Positions 32,831 to 43,500 of a stretch of 64,000 bases of DNA are shown one piece after another. The stretch is from Candidatus Cloacimonadales bacterium. Its GTDB lineage: Bacteria > Cloacimonadota > Cloacimonadia > Cloacimonadales > JAFGVF01. Within the stretch, counting starts at the first letter, position 1, and each line of letters begins with the position of its first letter. The notes under the pieces were generated by a model. That model saw only the letters and a list, made by a program, of their open reading frames with translations. It ran no database searches and was not told the origin of the DNA. The stretch is from the NCBI GenBank assembly GCA_963678315.1, contig OY782781.1:768001-832000 (forward strand). The letters run 5' to 3'. Made by a program: the position numbers and the translations under genes.

Positions 32831-32980
32831 ATGAGAGATATCATAACTCTGGAATGTACAGTTTGTAAAAATAGAAACTATACAACAACCAGAAATAAAA
32901 GAAAAAATCCAGGTAAACTGGAACTAAAAAAATTCTGTCCAACTTGTAGAAAGCACACTGTGCATAAACAAAACAAGTAA
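32831..32980 (+). CDS. rpmG: 50S ribosomal protein L33 (Zn-binding type; not in the ORF track)
   Basis: Manual translation: [49 protein letters not shown]. Confidence 0.95.
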   Translation: MRDIITLECTVCKNRNYTTTRNKRKNPGKLELKKFCPTCRKHTVHKQNK

Positions 32981-32994
32981 GAATAAAATAACAT

Positions 32995-33070
32995 AGGATA
33001 GTAGTTCAATTGGTAGAGCACTGGTCTCCAAAACCAGGTGTTGCGGGTTCGAGTCCTGCCTGTCCTGCCA
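32995..33070 (+). tRNA. tRNA-Trp(CCA)
   Basis: Cloverleaf, anticodon CCA; lies between rpmG and secE. Confidence 0.95.
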
Positions 33071-33150
33071 TAGATTAGGGCAAAGTCAGTAGAAATATAT
33101 CTACTGGCTTTTTGCCCATATAAACTCTACATAACCAGACGGAAGAAAAT

Positions 33151-33336
33151 ATGAATAAAATAACAGGTTTTTTAAAAGAAGTTCGTCAAGAGCTTGGAAC
33201 AATAACTTGGCCAAAAAAAGCTGATATTACAGAAGGTACATCTGTAGTTTTAGTTATGTCAGCAATAACTGCAATTTTCTTAATGGTGGTGGACTTTATA
33301 TTCAAAACATTAATTACTGATACTTTATTCAGTTAG
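33151..33336 (+). CDS. secE: Preprotein translocase subunit SecE
   Basis: 'FLKEVRQEL..ITWP' plus single TM; synteny. Confidence 0.92.
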   Translation: MNKITGFLKEVRQELGTITWPKKADITEGTSVVLVMSAITAIFLMVVDFIFKTLITDTLFS

Positions 33337-33344
33337 AGGTGATT

Positions 33345-33866
33345 ATGCTTTGGTATGTAGTACACACTTACTCTTCTCATGAAAATAGAGTAAAAGAAAC
33401 TATTGAAAAGGGCAAGTTTGGTACAGAAATTGACGATAAAATAGGTAGAATTCTAATACCAACACAAAAGACATTTGTTATAAAAGATGGTAAGAAAGTG
33501 GAGAAGGAGAAGAAAGTCTTCAATTCATACATTATTGTCGAAGCAGATATGGAACCAAAGGTATATGCCTTCATTAAATCTATAGCTGGAGTAACAAATT
33601 TCTTAGGTTACGGAAAGAAACCAATTCCATTAGATGAAAAAGAGGTTAACAGACTCTTAGGTATTAATGACCGAGACGATGTTAAAACTCAATTTGATTT
33701 TATACCTGGAGATGTGGTTAAAATTATTGCTGGTGCCTTCCAAGATTTCGAAGGCGTTATCGATAAGATTGATCAATCATCTGGTAGATTATCAGTCAAC
33801 GTTTCAGTCTTTGGCAGAATAACTCCTGTCGAAGTTAATGGCGAACAAGTAGAACTTAAAAAGTAG
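33345..33866 (+). CDS. nusG: Transcription termination/antitermination factor NusG
   Basis: 'WYVVHTYS.HE', KOW motif, 'VFGRITPVE'. Start could be GTG 33339. Confidence 0.95.
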   Translation: MLWYVVHTYSSHENRVKETIEKGKFGTEIDDKIGRILIPTQKTFVIKDGKKVEKEKKVFNSYIIVEADMEPKVYAFIKSIAGVTNFLGYGKKPIPLDEKEVNRLLGINDRDDVKTQFDFIPGDVVKIIAGAFQDFEGVIDKIDQSSGRLSVNVSVFGRITPVEVNGEQVELKK

Positions 33867-33942
33867 AAACAAGTTCAAAGTCGTAAGTTTAATTATAGCT
33901 TTGAACTTAAGACTTTGAATTAACTAAAATGAAGAGGTAGTT

Positions 33943-34374
33943 ATGGCTAAACCAAAAGGTGTAACACATGTTGTCAAACTTCAGCTACCTGCTGGCAAAG
34001 CAACCCCAGCACCTCCTGTGGGTCCTGCTCTTGGTCAAGCTGGTATTAATATAGCTGATTTTTGTAAACAGTTTAATGCTAAAACCGCTGATCAACCTGG
34101 AATGATTTTCCCGGTTGTAATTAGTGTTTTTAAAAACAAGTCATTTGTATTTGAAATTAAGACTCCTCCAGCAGCAGTTCTTATTAAGAAAGAAGCTAAC
34201 CTTGCGAAAGGTTCAGGTGTTCCTAATAAGGAAAAAGTTGGTAAGATTACTAAAGAACAATGCAAAAAAATTGCTGAAATGAAAGCACAAGATTTGAATA
34301 GTTTTTCCCTTGAATCTGCTATGCGCATGATCGCTGGCACTGCAAGAAGCATGGGAGTGTTGGTCGAAGACTAA
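33943..34374 (+). CDS. rplK: 50S ribosomal protein L11
   Basis: '[13 protein letters not shown]', 'GTARSMG'. Confidence 0.97.
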   Translation: MAKPKGVTHVVKLQLPAGKATPAPPVGPALGQAGINIADFCKQFNAKTADQPGMIFPVVISVFKNKSFVFEIKTPPAAVLIKKEANLAKGSGVPNKEKVGKITKEQCKKIAEMKAQDLNSFSLESAMRMIAGTARSMGVLVED

Positions 34375-34438
34375 CATGGCTCTTGGGAATTGGAAGATTC
34401 TCAAGTTGCAGGAGATTATAATCAAAGGAGAATAGTGG

Positions 34439-35146
34439 ATGAAGAGAAGTAGACGCTACAAAGAAGCTATTTCTAAGATAGACAGATTAACTAAATATGA
34501 TTTAGATACAGCTATTAGTCTATTAAAAGACATACCAAACACTAAGTTTGATGAGACTGTTGAAATTCATATGAATTTAGGTGTAGATCCTAGAAAAGCA
34601 GACCAGCAAATTAGAAATTCACTCGTGTTACCACATGGAACAGGAAAGAGTGTTAGAGTTCTTGTATTTGCTGAAGGAGACAAAGCAGACGAAGCAAAAG
34701 CTGCTGGTGCTGAATTTGTTGGTGTTAGCGAATTTGTTGATAAAATAACTAAAGAAAACTGGTTAGATTTTGATACAGTTATTGCAACACCAAACCTTAT
34801 GGGTAAAATTGGTAGATTAGGAAGAGTTTTAGGTCCTAGAGGACTTATGCCTAATCCAAAAGTCGGAACAGTGACTATGGATGTACATAAGGCAGTGACA
34901 GAAGCCAAATCTGGTAAAGTCGTTTATAGGGTTGACAAGTTCTCAAACTTACACGTTCCAGCTGGAAAGTTAAGTTTTGATACAGCTAATATTGCTGAGA
35001 ACTTGAAAACTATTATTGCAGCTATCCTAAAAGATAGACCATCAGCTCTTAAAGGAACATATATTAAGAGTATGACATTAACCTCAACAATGGGTCCTGG
35101 AATCAAACTTGATGTTTCCAGTGCATCTTTGGCAGCTAAGCAATAG
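34439..35146 (+). CDS. rplA: 50S ribosomal protein L1
   Basis: 'KFDETVE', '[11 protein letters not shown]', 'STMGPG'. Confidence 0.97.
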   Translation: MKRSRRYKEAISKIDRLTKYDLDTAISLLKDIPNTKFDETVEIHMNLGVDPRKADQQIRNSLVLPHGTGKSVRVLVFAEGDKADEAKAAGAEFVGVSEFVDKITKENWLDFDTVIATPNLMGKIGRLGRVLGPRGLMPNPKVGTVTMDVHKAVTEAKSGKVVYRVDKFSNLHVPAGKLSFDTANIAENLKTIIAAILKDRPSALKGTYIKSMTLTSTMGPGIKLDVSSASLAAKQ

Positions 35147-35154
35147 GAGTTAAA

Positions 35155-35685
35155 ATGGTACAACCTTATAAAAAGAATTTAGTAAGTGAAATTAAAGAGC
35201 GACTTGACGGCGCCAAAGCGATTGTCTTGGTAGATTATAAGGGAATTAATATTGAAGAAGTAGATCAGTTAAGACACAGGTTCAGAACTAATGGTGTTGA
35301 CTATTTCGTACAAAAGAATACTTTAATTAAAATTGCGTTAAACGAGTTAGGTATCACAGATCTTGATGATCATTTAAAAGGTCCTACAGCTGTTGCAGTT
35401 AGTAAAGAAGACGAAGTAGCATCCGCAAGAGAAATGGCAAAATTCGTAAAAGAAGTTATGGAAGAAAAACCATTTCCTACATTTAAAGCTGGGCTTGTTG
35501 ATGGCACATTTATGTCATCCGAAGATCTTGCAAAACTATCAAAAATGCCTTCAAAAGAAGAATTGATGGCGAAAGTCCTTGGAAGCTTAAATGCTCCATT
35601 GACAAATTTTGTTGGTGTACTCAACGGCTTAATCAGACAATTTGTTTATGTAGTTGATGCAGTAGCCAAATCTAAAGCTGAATAA
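35155..35685 (+). CDS. rplJ: 50S ribosomal protein L10
   Basis: 'DYKGI', 'KNTL', 'LKGPTAV'; synteny. Confidence 0.95.
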   Translation: MVQPYKKNLVSEIKERLDGAKAIVLVDYKGINIEEVDQLRHRFRTNGVDYFVQKNTLIKIALNELGITDLDDHLKGPTAVAVSKEDEVASAREMAKFVKEVMEEKPFPTFKAGLVDGTFMSSEDLAKLSKMPSKEELMAKVLGSLNAPLTNFVGVLNGLIRQFVYVVDAVAKSKAE

Positions 35686-35714
35686 AAAAAATTATATTAT
35701 CCATGGAGGAAGAA

Positions 35715-36086
35715 ATGTCCGATAAAAAACAGCAAATTATTGATCTTGTTAAAGAAATGACAGTTATTGAATTATCTGAATTAGTAAAAGAAATGGAAGA
35801 AATCTTTGGTGTATCTGCAGCTGCTCCAGTTGCTGCTGTTGCTGCTGCAGGTCCTGCAGAAGCTGCTGAAGAAAAAACTGAGTTTGACGTAATCTTAGCT
35901 AGCGTTGGTTCAAAGAAAATCAATGTTATTAAAGTTGTAAGAGGAATCACTAAACTTGGTTTAAAAGAAGCAAAAGAATTAGTTGATGGCGCTCCTCAAA
36001 AAGTTGTTGAAGCTGTTTCAAAAGAAGAAGCAGAAGATGTTAAAAAACAACTTGAAGAAGCTGGTGCTAGCGCAGAAATCAAATAA
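35715..36086 (+). CDS. rplL: 50S ribosomal protein L7/L12
   Basis: '[10 protein letters not shown]', 'KINVIKVVR', '[10 protein letters not shown]'. Start placed after the GGAGG RBS. Confidence 0.97.
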   Translation: MSDKKQQIIDLVKEMTVIELSELVKEMEEIFGVSAAAPVAAVAAAGPAEAAEEKTEFDVILASVGSKKINVIKVVRGITKLGLKEAKELVDGAPQKVVEAVSKEEAEDVKKQLEEAGASAEIK

Positions 36087-36109
36087 GATTATTTAGAAAT
36101 AAATAGATT

Positions 36110-36142
36110 TGGAAGTGAGTATAATGCTCACTTCCATATTTT
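36110..36142 (+). terminator. Hairpin/attenuator between rplL and rpoB
   Basis: TGGAAGTGAG-TATAATG-CTCACTTCCA followed by TATTTT. Confidence 0.6.
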
Positions 36143-36289
36143 CACGTAAGAAAATAGAATTTTAGTAATATAAAATAGTTTCGGAATCACATAATTAGTA
36201 TAAAAACATCAAACTGATAATGGATTTCGTTTTTTTGTTTATGTACAATAATCGATCTTTAATCAATGAACATATAAAGGAGTGGGCTT

Positions 36290-39200
36290 TTGAAAAAGTT
36301 CAAAAGTTATTCCAGAATATCCAAGAGATTTTCTGAGCTAGGAATACCGCAAGTTGAAGTACCAAACTTGTTATCAATGCAGGTAGATTCTTTTGAAGAT
36401 TTTATTCAGAAGGATGTACATCCGCAGCAAAGAAAGAACGTTGGATTACAAGCTGTTTTTGAGAATATGTTCCCATTAACAGACCCTAAAGAGAGCTATG
36501 AGCTCGAATTTGTAGAATACCGCATCTTAAAAGAAAAATATACAATTGATGAATGCATAGAAAGAAATTTATCGTACCAAGTTCCATTAAAAGTAAAATT
36601 AAGATTAAAAATCTACGAAGTTGAAGAAGAAGAAAGTTTCGATATATTAGTAGATTCATTCGGTTCAAATACAAATGATGTGAGACAGTTCTTAGTTACA
36701 GGGTTAGAGTGGGATGAAGATTCTGCTAAAAAAATAGTTGATACTGTTGATTCTAGTGATGACATCAACAGAACGATTCACACCTGTGAAGATGCTGAAG
36801 ATGCTAAACAGATATTAAATACACTCAAAACTTTCGGAGTAATGGGAAGAATCCAAAAGAGGATTGATAAGACAAGAACTCTGAGAGATATTATGGAACA
36901 AGAAGTGTTCTTGGGTGATATTCCATTAATTACAAATCAAGGAACATTTGTAATTAACGGAGCAGAACGAGTTATAATATCACAGCTTCAAAGATCACCT
37001 GGTGTATATTTCTCAGAAGAGAAACACCCAAGTGGTAAAATGCTAACTTCTGCTAAGATAATACCTTATAATGGTAGCTGGTTAGAATTTCATATCGACA
37101 TACATGATGTAATTTTTGTAAATATAGATAAAAGAAGAAAATTACCTGTAACTGTTCTTTTAAGAGCAGTTGGATTTATTCCAGAAAACTATACAGAAAT
37201 CCCAGAAGCTAGAGAAACATTAAGAATCTCTGACGAAAAGGGTAATGTATCAATGAAAGTTAAGAATAGCTTTGCATATTCAGATGTTTATGATCAAAGA
37301 GAAGGTCATGAAGGTGAATTAATAGTTGAAGCAAAGACTAAATTAACTTATGAACTTATCGAGAGACTTCAGATTGCTGAAGTTACCGATATAGATGTAA
37401 TTAATAAGAAATGTATCTCAACAGATAAGGCTTTACGTGAGTTATTCTATGAAATAGAAGAGATTCAAATAGATAAAGCAGAAAAGAGACATACCGCTTA
37501 TGAAGTAATTAATTCTGCAGGAGAATTACGTGCAGAAGCAAATACTCAAATAGACAAGAATCTTATTGATGAATTCAAGGAACAAGGAATTAAAACTATC
37601 AAAGTAATTTCTGAAGATAGTGATTTCCATAGAAGACTCTTAGAAAAGACACTTCTAAAAGATCCAACAAGAAGTCAAGAAGAGGCATGTCAAAAAATAT
37701 ATAATTTAATTAGACCTGGTGAAGATGAAGTTCCTATAGAGAATGCTTTAGAACTGATTGATAGAATGTTCTTTAATCAAAAGCGTTATAACTTAGGTTC
37801 AGTGGGTCGTCATAAGATTAATGCTAAATTTGAATATGAAGATGACTATGGTACAAATGTACTTACAGCAAGAGATTTTAGATCTATTATAGATTATCTT
37901 GTATCAATATTCAAAGATGAGAAGAACGTAGATGATATAGATCACTTATCTAACAGAAGAGTTAGAACTGTTGGTGAATTGTTAGAAGACCAGTATAAAA
38001 CTGGTTTAGCTATGATTTCACGTATTGCTTTAGAAAGAATGGCTATTGCTAATCCTGATGAAGTTACAGTTCATGATTTAATCAACAGTAATGCTTTAAT
38101 ATCTGTTGTTAACTCATTCTTCTTAACTGGTCAGTTATCTCAGTTCATGGAACAGACAAATCCATTGTCTGCCTTAACTCATAAGAGAAGATTCTCAGCA
38201 CTTGGACCTGGTGGTTTAACAAGAGATAGAGCTGGTTTTGAAGTTCGTGATATTCACTATTCACATTACGGAAGAATCTGTCCTATCGAAACACCTGAAG
38301 GACCTAGTATTGGTCTTCTTAACTCTCCAGCATTATTCTCAAGAATAAATGAATTTGGTTTTATTGAAACACCATACATCAAAGTTGAAAATGGTGTTAT
38401 CACAAGCCAAATAGATTATCTAGATGCTAATCTAGAAGATAAATATATCATTGCTCAGAATGTAAATATCAATGATGATCTTGAAATTACAGATGATATT
38501 ATATTTGCTCGTGAGAGAGGTGAATATGTTAATGTCTCAGCTGAAGACATTAATTATATTGATGTATCTCCACAACAAGTTGTATCAGTATCTGCTGGAC
38601 TCGTTCCTTTCTTAGATCATGATGATGCTAACCGTGCCTTGATGGGATCTAACATGCAACGTCAATCAGTTCCATTATTAAACCCTCAAACTCCAATTGT
38701 GGGTACAGGAATTGAAAAGATAGTAGCAAGAGAATCAGGTGCTGTTATAGTATCACCTTATGATGGTGTTGTAACAGGTGTTACTTCACAATATATTGAT
38801 ATTAAACCTGCTGACAATGGTGAAACTGGCTTAGATATCTCACAAAATGAACGTTTATATCTTAAAAAATATGTTCGTTCTAACCAAGATACTTGTATTA
38901 ACCAAAGACCTATTGTTCAGATTGGTCAAGAAGTTAAGAAAGGTCAACCAGTATCAGATGGACCTGGTGTAGAAGGCGATAGGTTAGCCTTAGGTTCAAA
39001 CATGGTTGTTGCTTTCATGCCTTGGTATGGATACAACTATGAAGATGCTATTATCTTGAGTGAGCATGTTGCTAGAAAAGATACATTAACTTCAATATAT
39101 ATAGAAGAGCTTGAAGTATTGGTTCGTGATCTTAAAAATGGTAAAGAAGAATTAGCTTCTGATATACCTAACGTACCAGTTACTTCACTTAGAAACCTTG

Positions 39201-40537
39201 ATAAATCAGGTATTATCAGAGTTGGATCTGTTATTACTGCTGGTGATATTATTGTTGGTAAAATCACTCCAAAGTCAGTTGAAATTGACCCATCTCCAGA
39301 AGAGAACTTAATGAGAGCTCTTTTTGGTGATAGAGCAGGTGATTATACAAATAGTTCATTAAAAGCTAAACCTGGTATGGAAGGTGTTGTTCTTGATGTT
39401 AAAGTATTCTCAAGATATGAAGATGTTATTGAGTTTGAAGAAGATCATAAGACTCAAATAGCTAAACTTAAGAAAGAGAATGTTGAACGTAAGAAGAGAA
39501 TTGAGAAATTCAAGAAAGAAAAGCTTAGCGAACTTCTTGTAGGTCAACAAGCAAAGAATATTGTTGATTCTAAAGATGGTAGATTCTATATTCCTACTGG
39601 CAAGAAAATCACTTCTTCTGACCTAGAAAAGATTAATTTCGCAAGAGTTAATCTTGATGTTGAGATGGTTGCTGACCCAGATAAGTATAGAGAAATCTAT
39701 AGCAAGGTTGCTTTAAAAGTTAAAGAAGCAACTGAAGAAAGCGATAATATATATAAAAAATCTAGAGATAGAATCAAACATGGTGATGAGCTTCCTTACG
39801 GTGTAAGAAAGATGGTCAAAGTCTATATTGCCAAGAAGAGAAAGATTCAAGTTGGTGATAAAATGGCTGGACGTCATGGTAACAAAGGTGTTATATCAAT
39901 TGTTGCACCAATCGAAGATATGCCATTCATGAACGATGGAACTCCAGTGGATATAGTTCTTAACCCACTAGGTGTGCCTTCTCGTATGAATATTGGTCAG
40001 ATTATGGAAACTCACTTAGGTATGGCTGCAAAGGTTCTTGGTTTTAATGTCGAAACACCAATCTTTGATGGTGCTAAAATTGAAGATATTGAAGCTGAAC
40101 TAGAAAAAGCTAATTTACCTACAGATGGAAAGCAAGTTCTCTATGATGGTAAGACAGGTGAACCATTCAAAGAAAGAGTTACTGTTGGTGTAATGTATAT
40201 GATGAAACTGAACCATCTTGTTGCAGATAAGATGCATGCAAGATCTACAGGTCCTTACTCATTGATTACTCAACAACCACTTGGTGGTAAAGCTCAGCAT
40301 GGTGGTCAACGTCTAGGAGAGATGGAAGTATGGGCTTTAGAAGCTTATGGTGCTGCTCATTTATTAGAAGAGATGTTAACAATCAAATCTGATGATGTTG
40401 ATGGTAGAACAAGTGCTTTTAAAGCGATTACTAAAGGTGAAAACCCTCCAGCTCCAGGTGTTCCAGAATCATTTAATGTCTTAATTAGTGAATTGAAGTC
40501 TCTAGCATTTGATATAGAGTTCTTGAAAGATGAGTAG
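36290..40537 (+). CDS. rpoB: RNA polymerase beta subunit
   Basis: 'INGAERV..SQL.RSPG', 'GRICPIETPEG', 'GDKMAGRHGNKG', 'GQRLGEMEVWA'. Confidence 0.99.
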   Translation: MKKFKSYSRISKRFSELGIPQVEVPNLLSMQVDSFEDFIQKDVHPQQRKNVGLQAVFENMFPLTDPKESYELEFVEYRILKEKYTIDECIERNLSYQVPLKVKLRLKIYEVEEEESFDILVDSFGSNTNDVRQFLVTGLEWDEDSAKKIVDTVDSSDDINRTIHTCEDAEDAKQILNTLKTFGVMGRIQKRIDKTRTLRDIMEQEVFLGDIPLITNQGTFVINGAERVIISQLQRSPGVYFSEEKHPSGKMLTSAKIIPYNGSWLEFHIDIHDVIFVNIDKRRKLPVTVLLRAVGFIPENYTEIPEARETLRISDEKGNVSMKVKNSFAYSDVYDQREGHEGELIVEAKTKLTYELIERLQIAEVTDIDVINKKCISTDKALRELFYEIEEIQIDKAEKRHTAYEVINSAGELRAEANTQIDKNLIDEFKEQGIKTIKVISEDSDFHRRLLEKTLLKDPTRSQEEACQKIYNLIRPGEDEVPIENALELIDRMFFNQKRYNLGSVGRHKINAKFEYEDDYGTNVLTARDFRSIIDYLVSIFKDEKNVDDIDHLSNRRVRTVGELLEDQYKTGLAMISRIALERMAIANPDEVTVHDLINSNALISVVNSFFLTGQLSQFMEQTNPLSALTHKRRFSALGPGGLTRDRAGFEVRDIHYSHYGRICPIETPEGPSIGLLNSPALFSRINEFGFIETPYIKVENGVITSQIDYLDANLEDKYIIAQNVNINDDLEITDDIIFARERGEYVNVSAEDINYIDVSPQQVVSVSAGLVPFLDHDDANRALMGSNMQRQSVPLLNPQTPIVGTGIEKIVARESGAVIVSPYDGVVTGVTSQYIDIKPADNGETGLDISQNERLYLKKYVRSNQDTCINQRPIVQIGQEVKKGQPVSDGPGVEGDRLALGSNMVVAFMPWYGYNYEDAIILSEHVARKDTLTSIYIEELEVLVRDLKNGKEELASDIPNVPVTSLRNLDKSGIIRVGSVITAGDIIVGKITPKSVEIDPSPEENLMRALFGDRAGDYTNSSLKAKPGMEGVVLDVKVFSRYEDVIEFEEDHKTQIAKLKKENVERKKRIEKFKKEKLSELLVGQQAKNIVDSKDGRFYIPTGKKITSSDLEKINFARVNLDVEMVADPDKYREIYSKVALKVKEATEESDNIYKKSRDRIKHGDELPYGVRKMVKVYIAKKRKIQVGDKMAGRHGNKGVISIVAPIEDMPFMNDGTPVDIVLNPLGVPSRMNIGQIMETHLGMAAKVLGFNVETPIFDGAKIEDIEAELEKANLPTDGKQVLYDGKTGEPFKERVTVGVMYMMKLNHLVADKMHARSTGPYSLITQQPLGGKAQHGGQRLGEMEVWALEAYGAAHLLEEMLTIKSDDVDGRTSAFKAITKGENPPAPGVPESFNVLISELKSLAFDIEFLKDE

Positions 40538-40570
40538 AAATCATAGGAACAATAACGGAGGATTTCTCAA

Positions 40571-43500
40571 GTGAATAGAAATATAAAAAGAGAAAAAAAG
40601 ATAGAAAATTATGATGCAGTTCGTATTCGTATAGCTTCTCCTGATGCTATCAGAAGTTGGTCATATGGTGAGGTTGTTAAACCTGACACCTTAAATTACC
40701 GTACCCTGAAGCCAGAGAAAGAAGGTCTTTTTTGTGAAAAAATCTTCGGTCCAGAAAAAGATTTCGAATGCTCATGTGGTAAATATAAAAAGAAAAGATT
40801 CAAAGGCACAGTCTGTGATAGATGTGGTGTCGAAGTTACTACTTCTCGTGTAAGAAGAAGTAGAATGGGACACATTGAACTCGCTGTTCCTGTGGCTCAT
40901 ATATCTTTCGTTAAGAGTGCTCCTAGTAAAATTGGTACCTTATTAGGTCTAACTATTAGTAATCTTGAAAAGATACTTGTTTATGAATCTTACGTAGTCT
41001 TAGATCCAGGTGATCAAGATTATCAAGTTAACGAGCTTATCGATACTGAAGAGTTCTATGAAATCAGAGATCAAGTTTCACGTGATACAAACTTCAAAGC
41101 TAAGATTGGTGCTGAAGCTATTCGTGAAATGCTAGAAAACTTAAATCTTGATGATTTAGCTGCTGATTTAAGAACACGTATCAAGTGGGAAACTTCTACA
41201 ATGCGTAAGCAAAAGATGATTAAACGTCTTAAAATTGTAGAATCATTCAGAAAGTCAGGTAACAGACCTGAATGGATGATTTTAGAAGTTCTTCCTGTTT
41301 TACCTCCAACATTGAGACCTTTAGTTCCTCTTGATGGTGGTAGATTTGCTACAGCTGACTTTAATGACTTATATAGAAGAGTTATTACAAGAAATAATAG
41401 ATTAAAACAGCTTATAGAAATTAGAGCACCTGAGGTTATTCTCAGAAATGAAAAGAGAATGTTACAAGAGGCTGTTGATGCTTTAATCGACAACTCTAAA
41501 AAAGCTAGACCTGTTAAAGGTCGTGGTAACAGAGCTCTTAAGAGTCTTACTGACCAATTAAAAGGTAAGCAAGGTCGTTTCCGTCAAAACCTTCTTGGTA
41601 AACGTGTAGACTATTCAGGACGTTCAGTTATTACTGTTGGTCCTCACTTAAAAATCTACGAAATGGGTTTACCTAAAGAAATGGCTGTAGAATTATTCAA
41701 ACCTTTCATTATTGAAAGACTTGAAAAGATGGGAACTGCTGAAAAGACTAAAACAGCAAAGAAAATGGTAGAAAAGAAGCAACCAGAAATCTGGAAAATC
41801 TTAGAAGATGTTGTTCAAGATTACCCTGTTCTTCTAAACCGTGCGCCTACTCTTCATAGATTAGGTATCCAAGCATTCATGCCTGTTTTAACTGAGAATA
41901 AAGCTCTTCAACTTCATCCTATGGTATGTTCACCATTCAATGCTGACTTTGATGGTGACCAAATGGGTTGTTATATTCCATTATCACATGAAGCACGTAT
42001 GGAAGCTAGAGTTTTAATGCTCTCTTCACGTAACTTGCTTTTACCTTCAAGTGGTAGACTTGCGATGGCTCCATCACAAGATATCGTGCTTGGTTGTTAT
42101 TATGTTTCAATGGAAGGTTCAGCTCAGCCTAACTGGGAAGAAGATAGAAGTGTTCTAGTGGCTAAGCTTGATGAATTATATGCAAAAGATTCTCGTTCTG
42201 AAGAAGATGATAATCAAATTTCTGAGATTAAGAATCTCTTGAAAGATTATAATAAGAAAACATTTAAGAATGTTCACGAACTTATTAACATCTATGAGAA
42301 AGAAGAGATGTTATATGCTCAGAAGAGAGAAAACTATAAAGACCATGAAGAAGATACTAATGCTAGATTGCTAAATCTTCACACATGGGTAAAAGTGTTT
42401 GTTAAAGGAAATTGGGAAATTACTACTGTTGGTAGAGTTCTCTTTAATTTAGCTCTTCCTGATGCTGTTCCATTCAAGAACCAAACATTTGATAAAGGTG
42501 CTTTGAATGATTTAGCTATGGAATGTTACAACGCAGTTGGACAATGGGAAACTGCTATTTTCCTAGACAAATTAAAAGAAACAGGATTTAGATATGCTAC
42601 ACGTGGTGGTATTACCTTTAGTTTTGGTGATATTGTTGTACCACATAACAAGCAAGAAATCCTAGCTAGATATCAAGAAGATGTTGATTCAATTACTGAA
42701 AGTTATAACCTAGGTATCATTACTGAAACAGAACGTTCTTCTCGTGTTGTGGATAACTGGAAGGTTGCTACAGAAGAAGTTACTGATGCTCTTATGGAAG
42801 AACTAGTTGTTTCTGGTGGTGGTTATAACTCAATCTACATGATGTACAAATCTGGTGCTCGTGGTAGTAAAACTCAGATTAAACAGCTTGGTGGTATGCG
42901 TGGACTTATGGATAAACCATCTGCTAAGGGTGGTGGTAACGAAGTTATCGAAACTCCTATTAAGTCTAACTTTAAAGAAGGTCTTTCTGTTCTTGAATAC
43001 TTTATCTCTTCTCATGGTGCTCGTAAAGGTCTTGCTGATACAGCGCTTAAAACTGCTGGTGCTGGTTACTTAACAAGAAGACTTGTTGACGTAGCACAGA
43101 ACTCAATGATTACTGAAGATGATTGTGGAACTATCGGTGGTATCGATATCACAGCTCTTAAAGAAGGTAATGAAATAGTTGAAGAGTTAAGAGAGAGAAT
43201 TCAAGGTCGTACCGCTGTTGATGATGTAGAAGATCCTCGTTCAGGTGAAATCATTTGTGAAGCTGGTCAAGAAATCACAAATGAAATGGCTAACCTAATT
43301 CAACGTCATGGTATCTTATCTGTTAAAGTACGTTCAGTGCTTACATGTGAAGCAGAGAAAGGTATCTGTGCTAAGTGTTACGGACGTAACCTAGCTACTC
43401 AAAAACACGTTGCTTCTGGTGAACCTGTTGGTATCATTGCAGCCCAATCAATTGGTGAACCTGGTACACAGCTAACACTTAGAACTTTCCATATTGGTGG

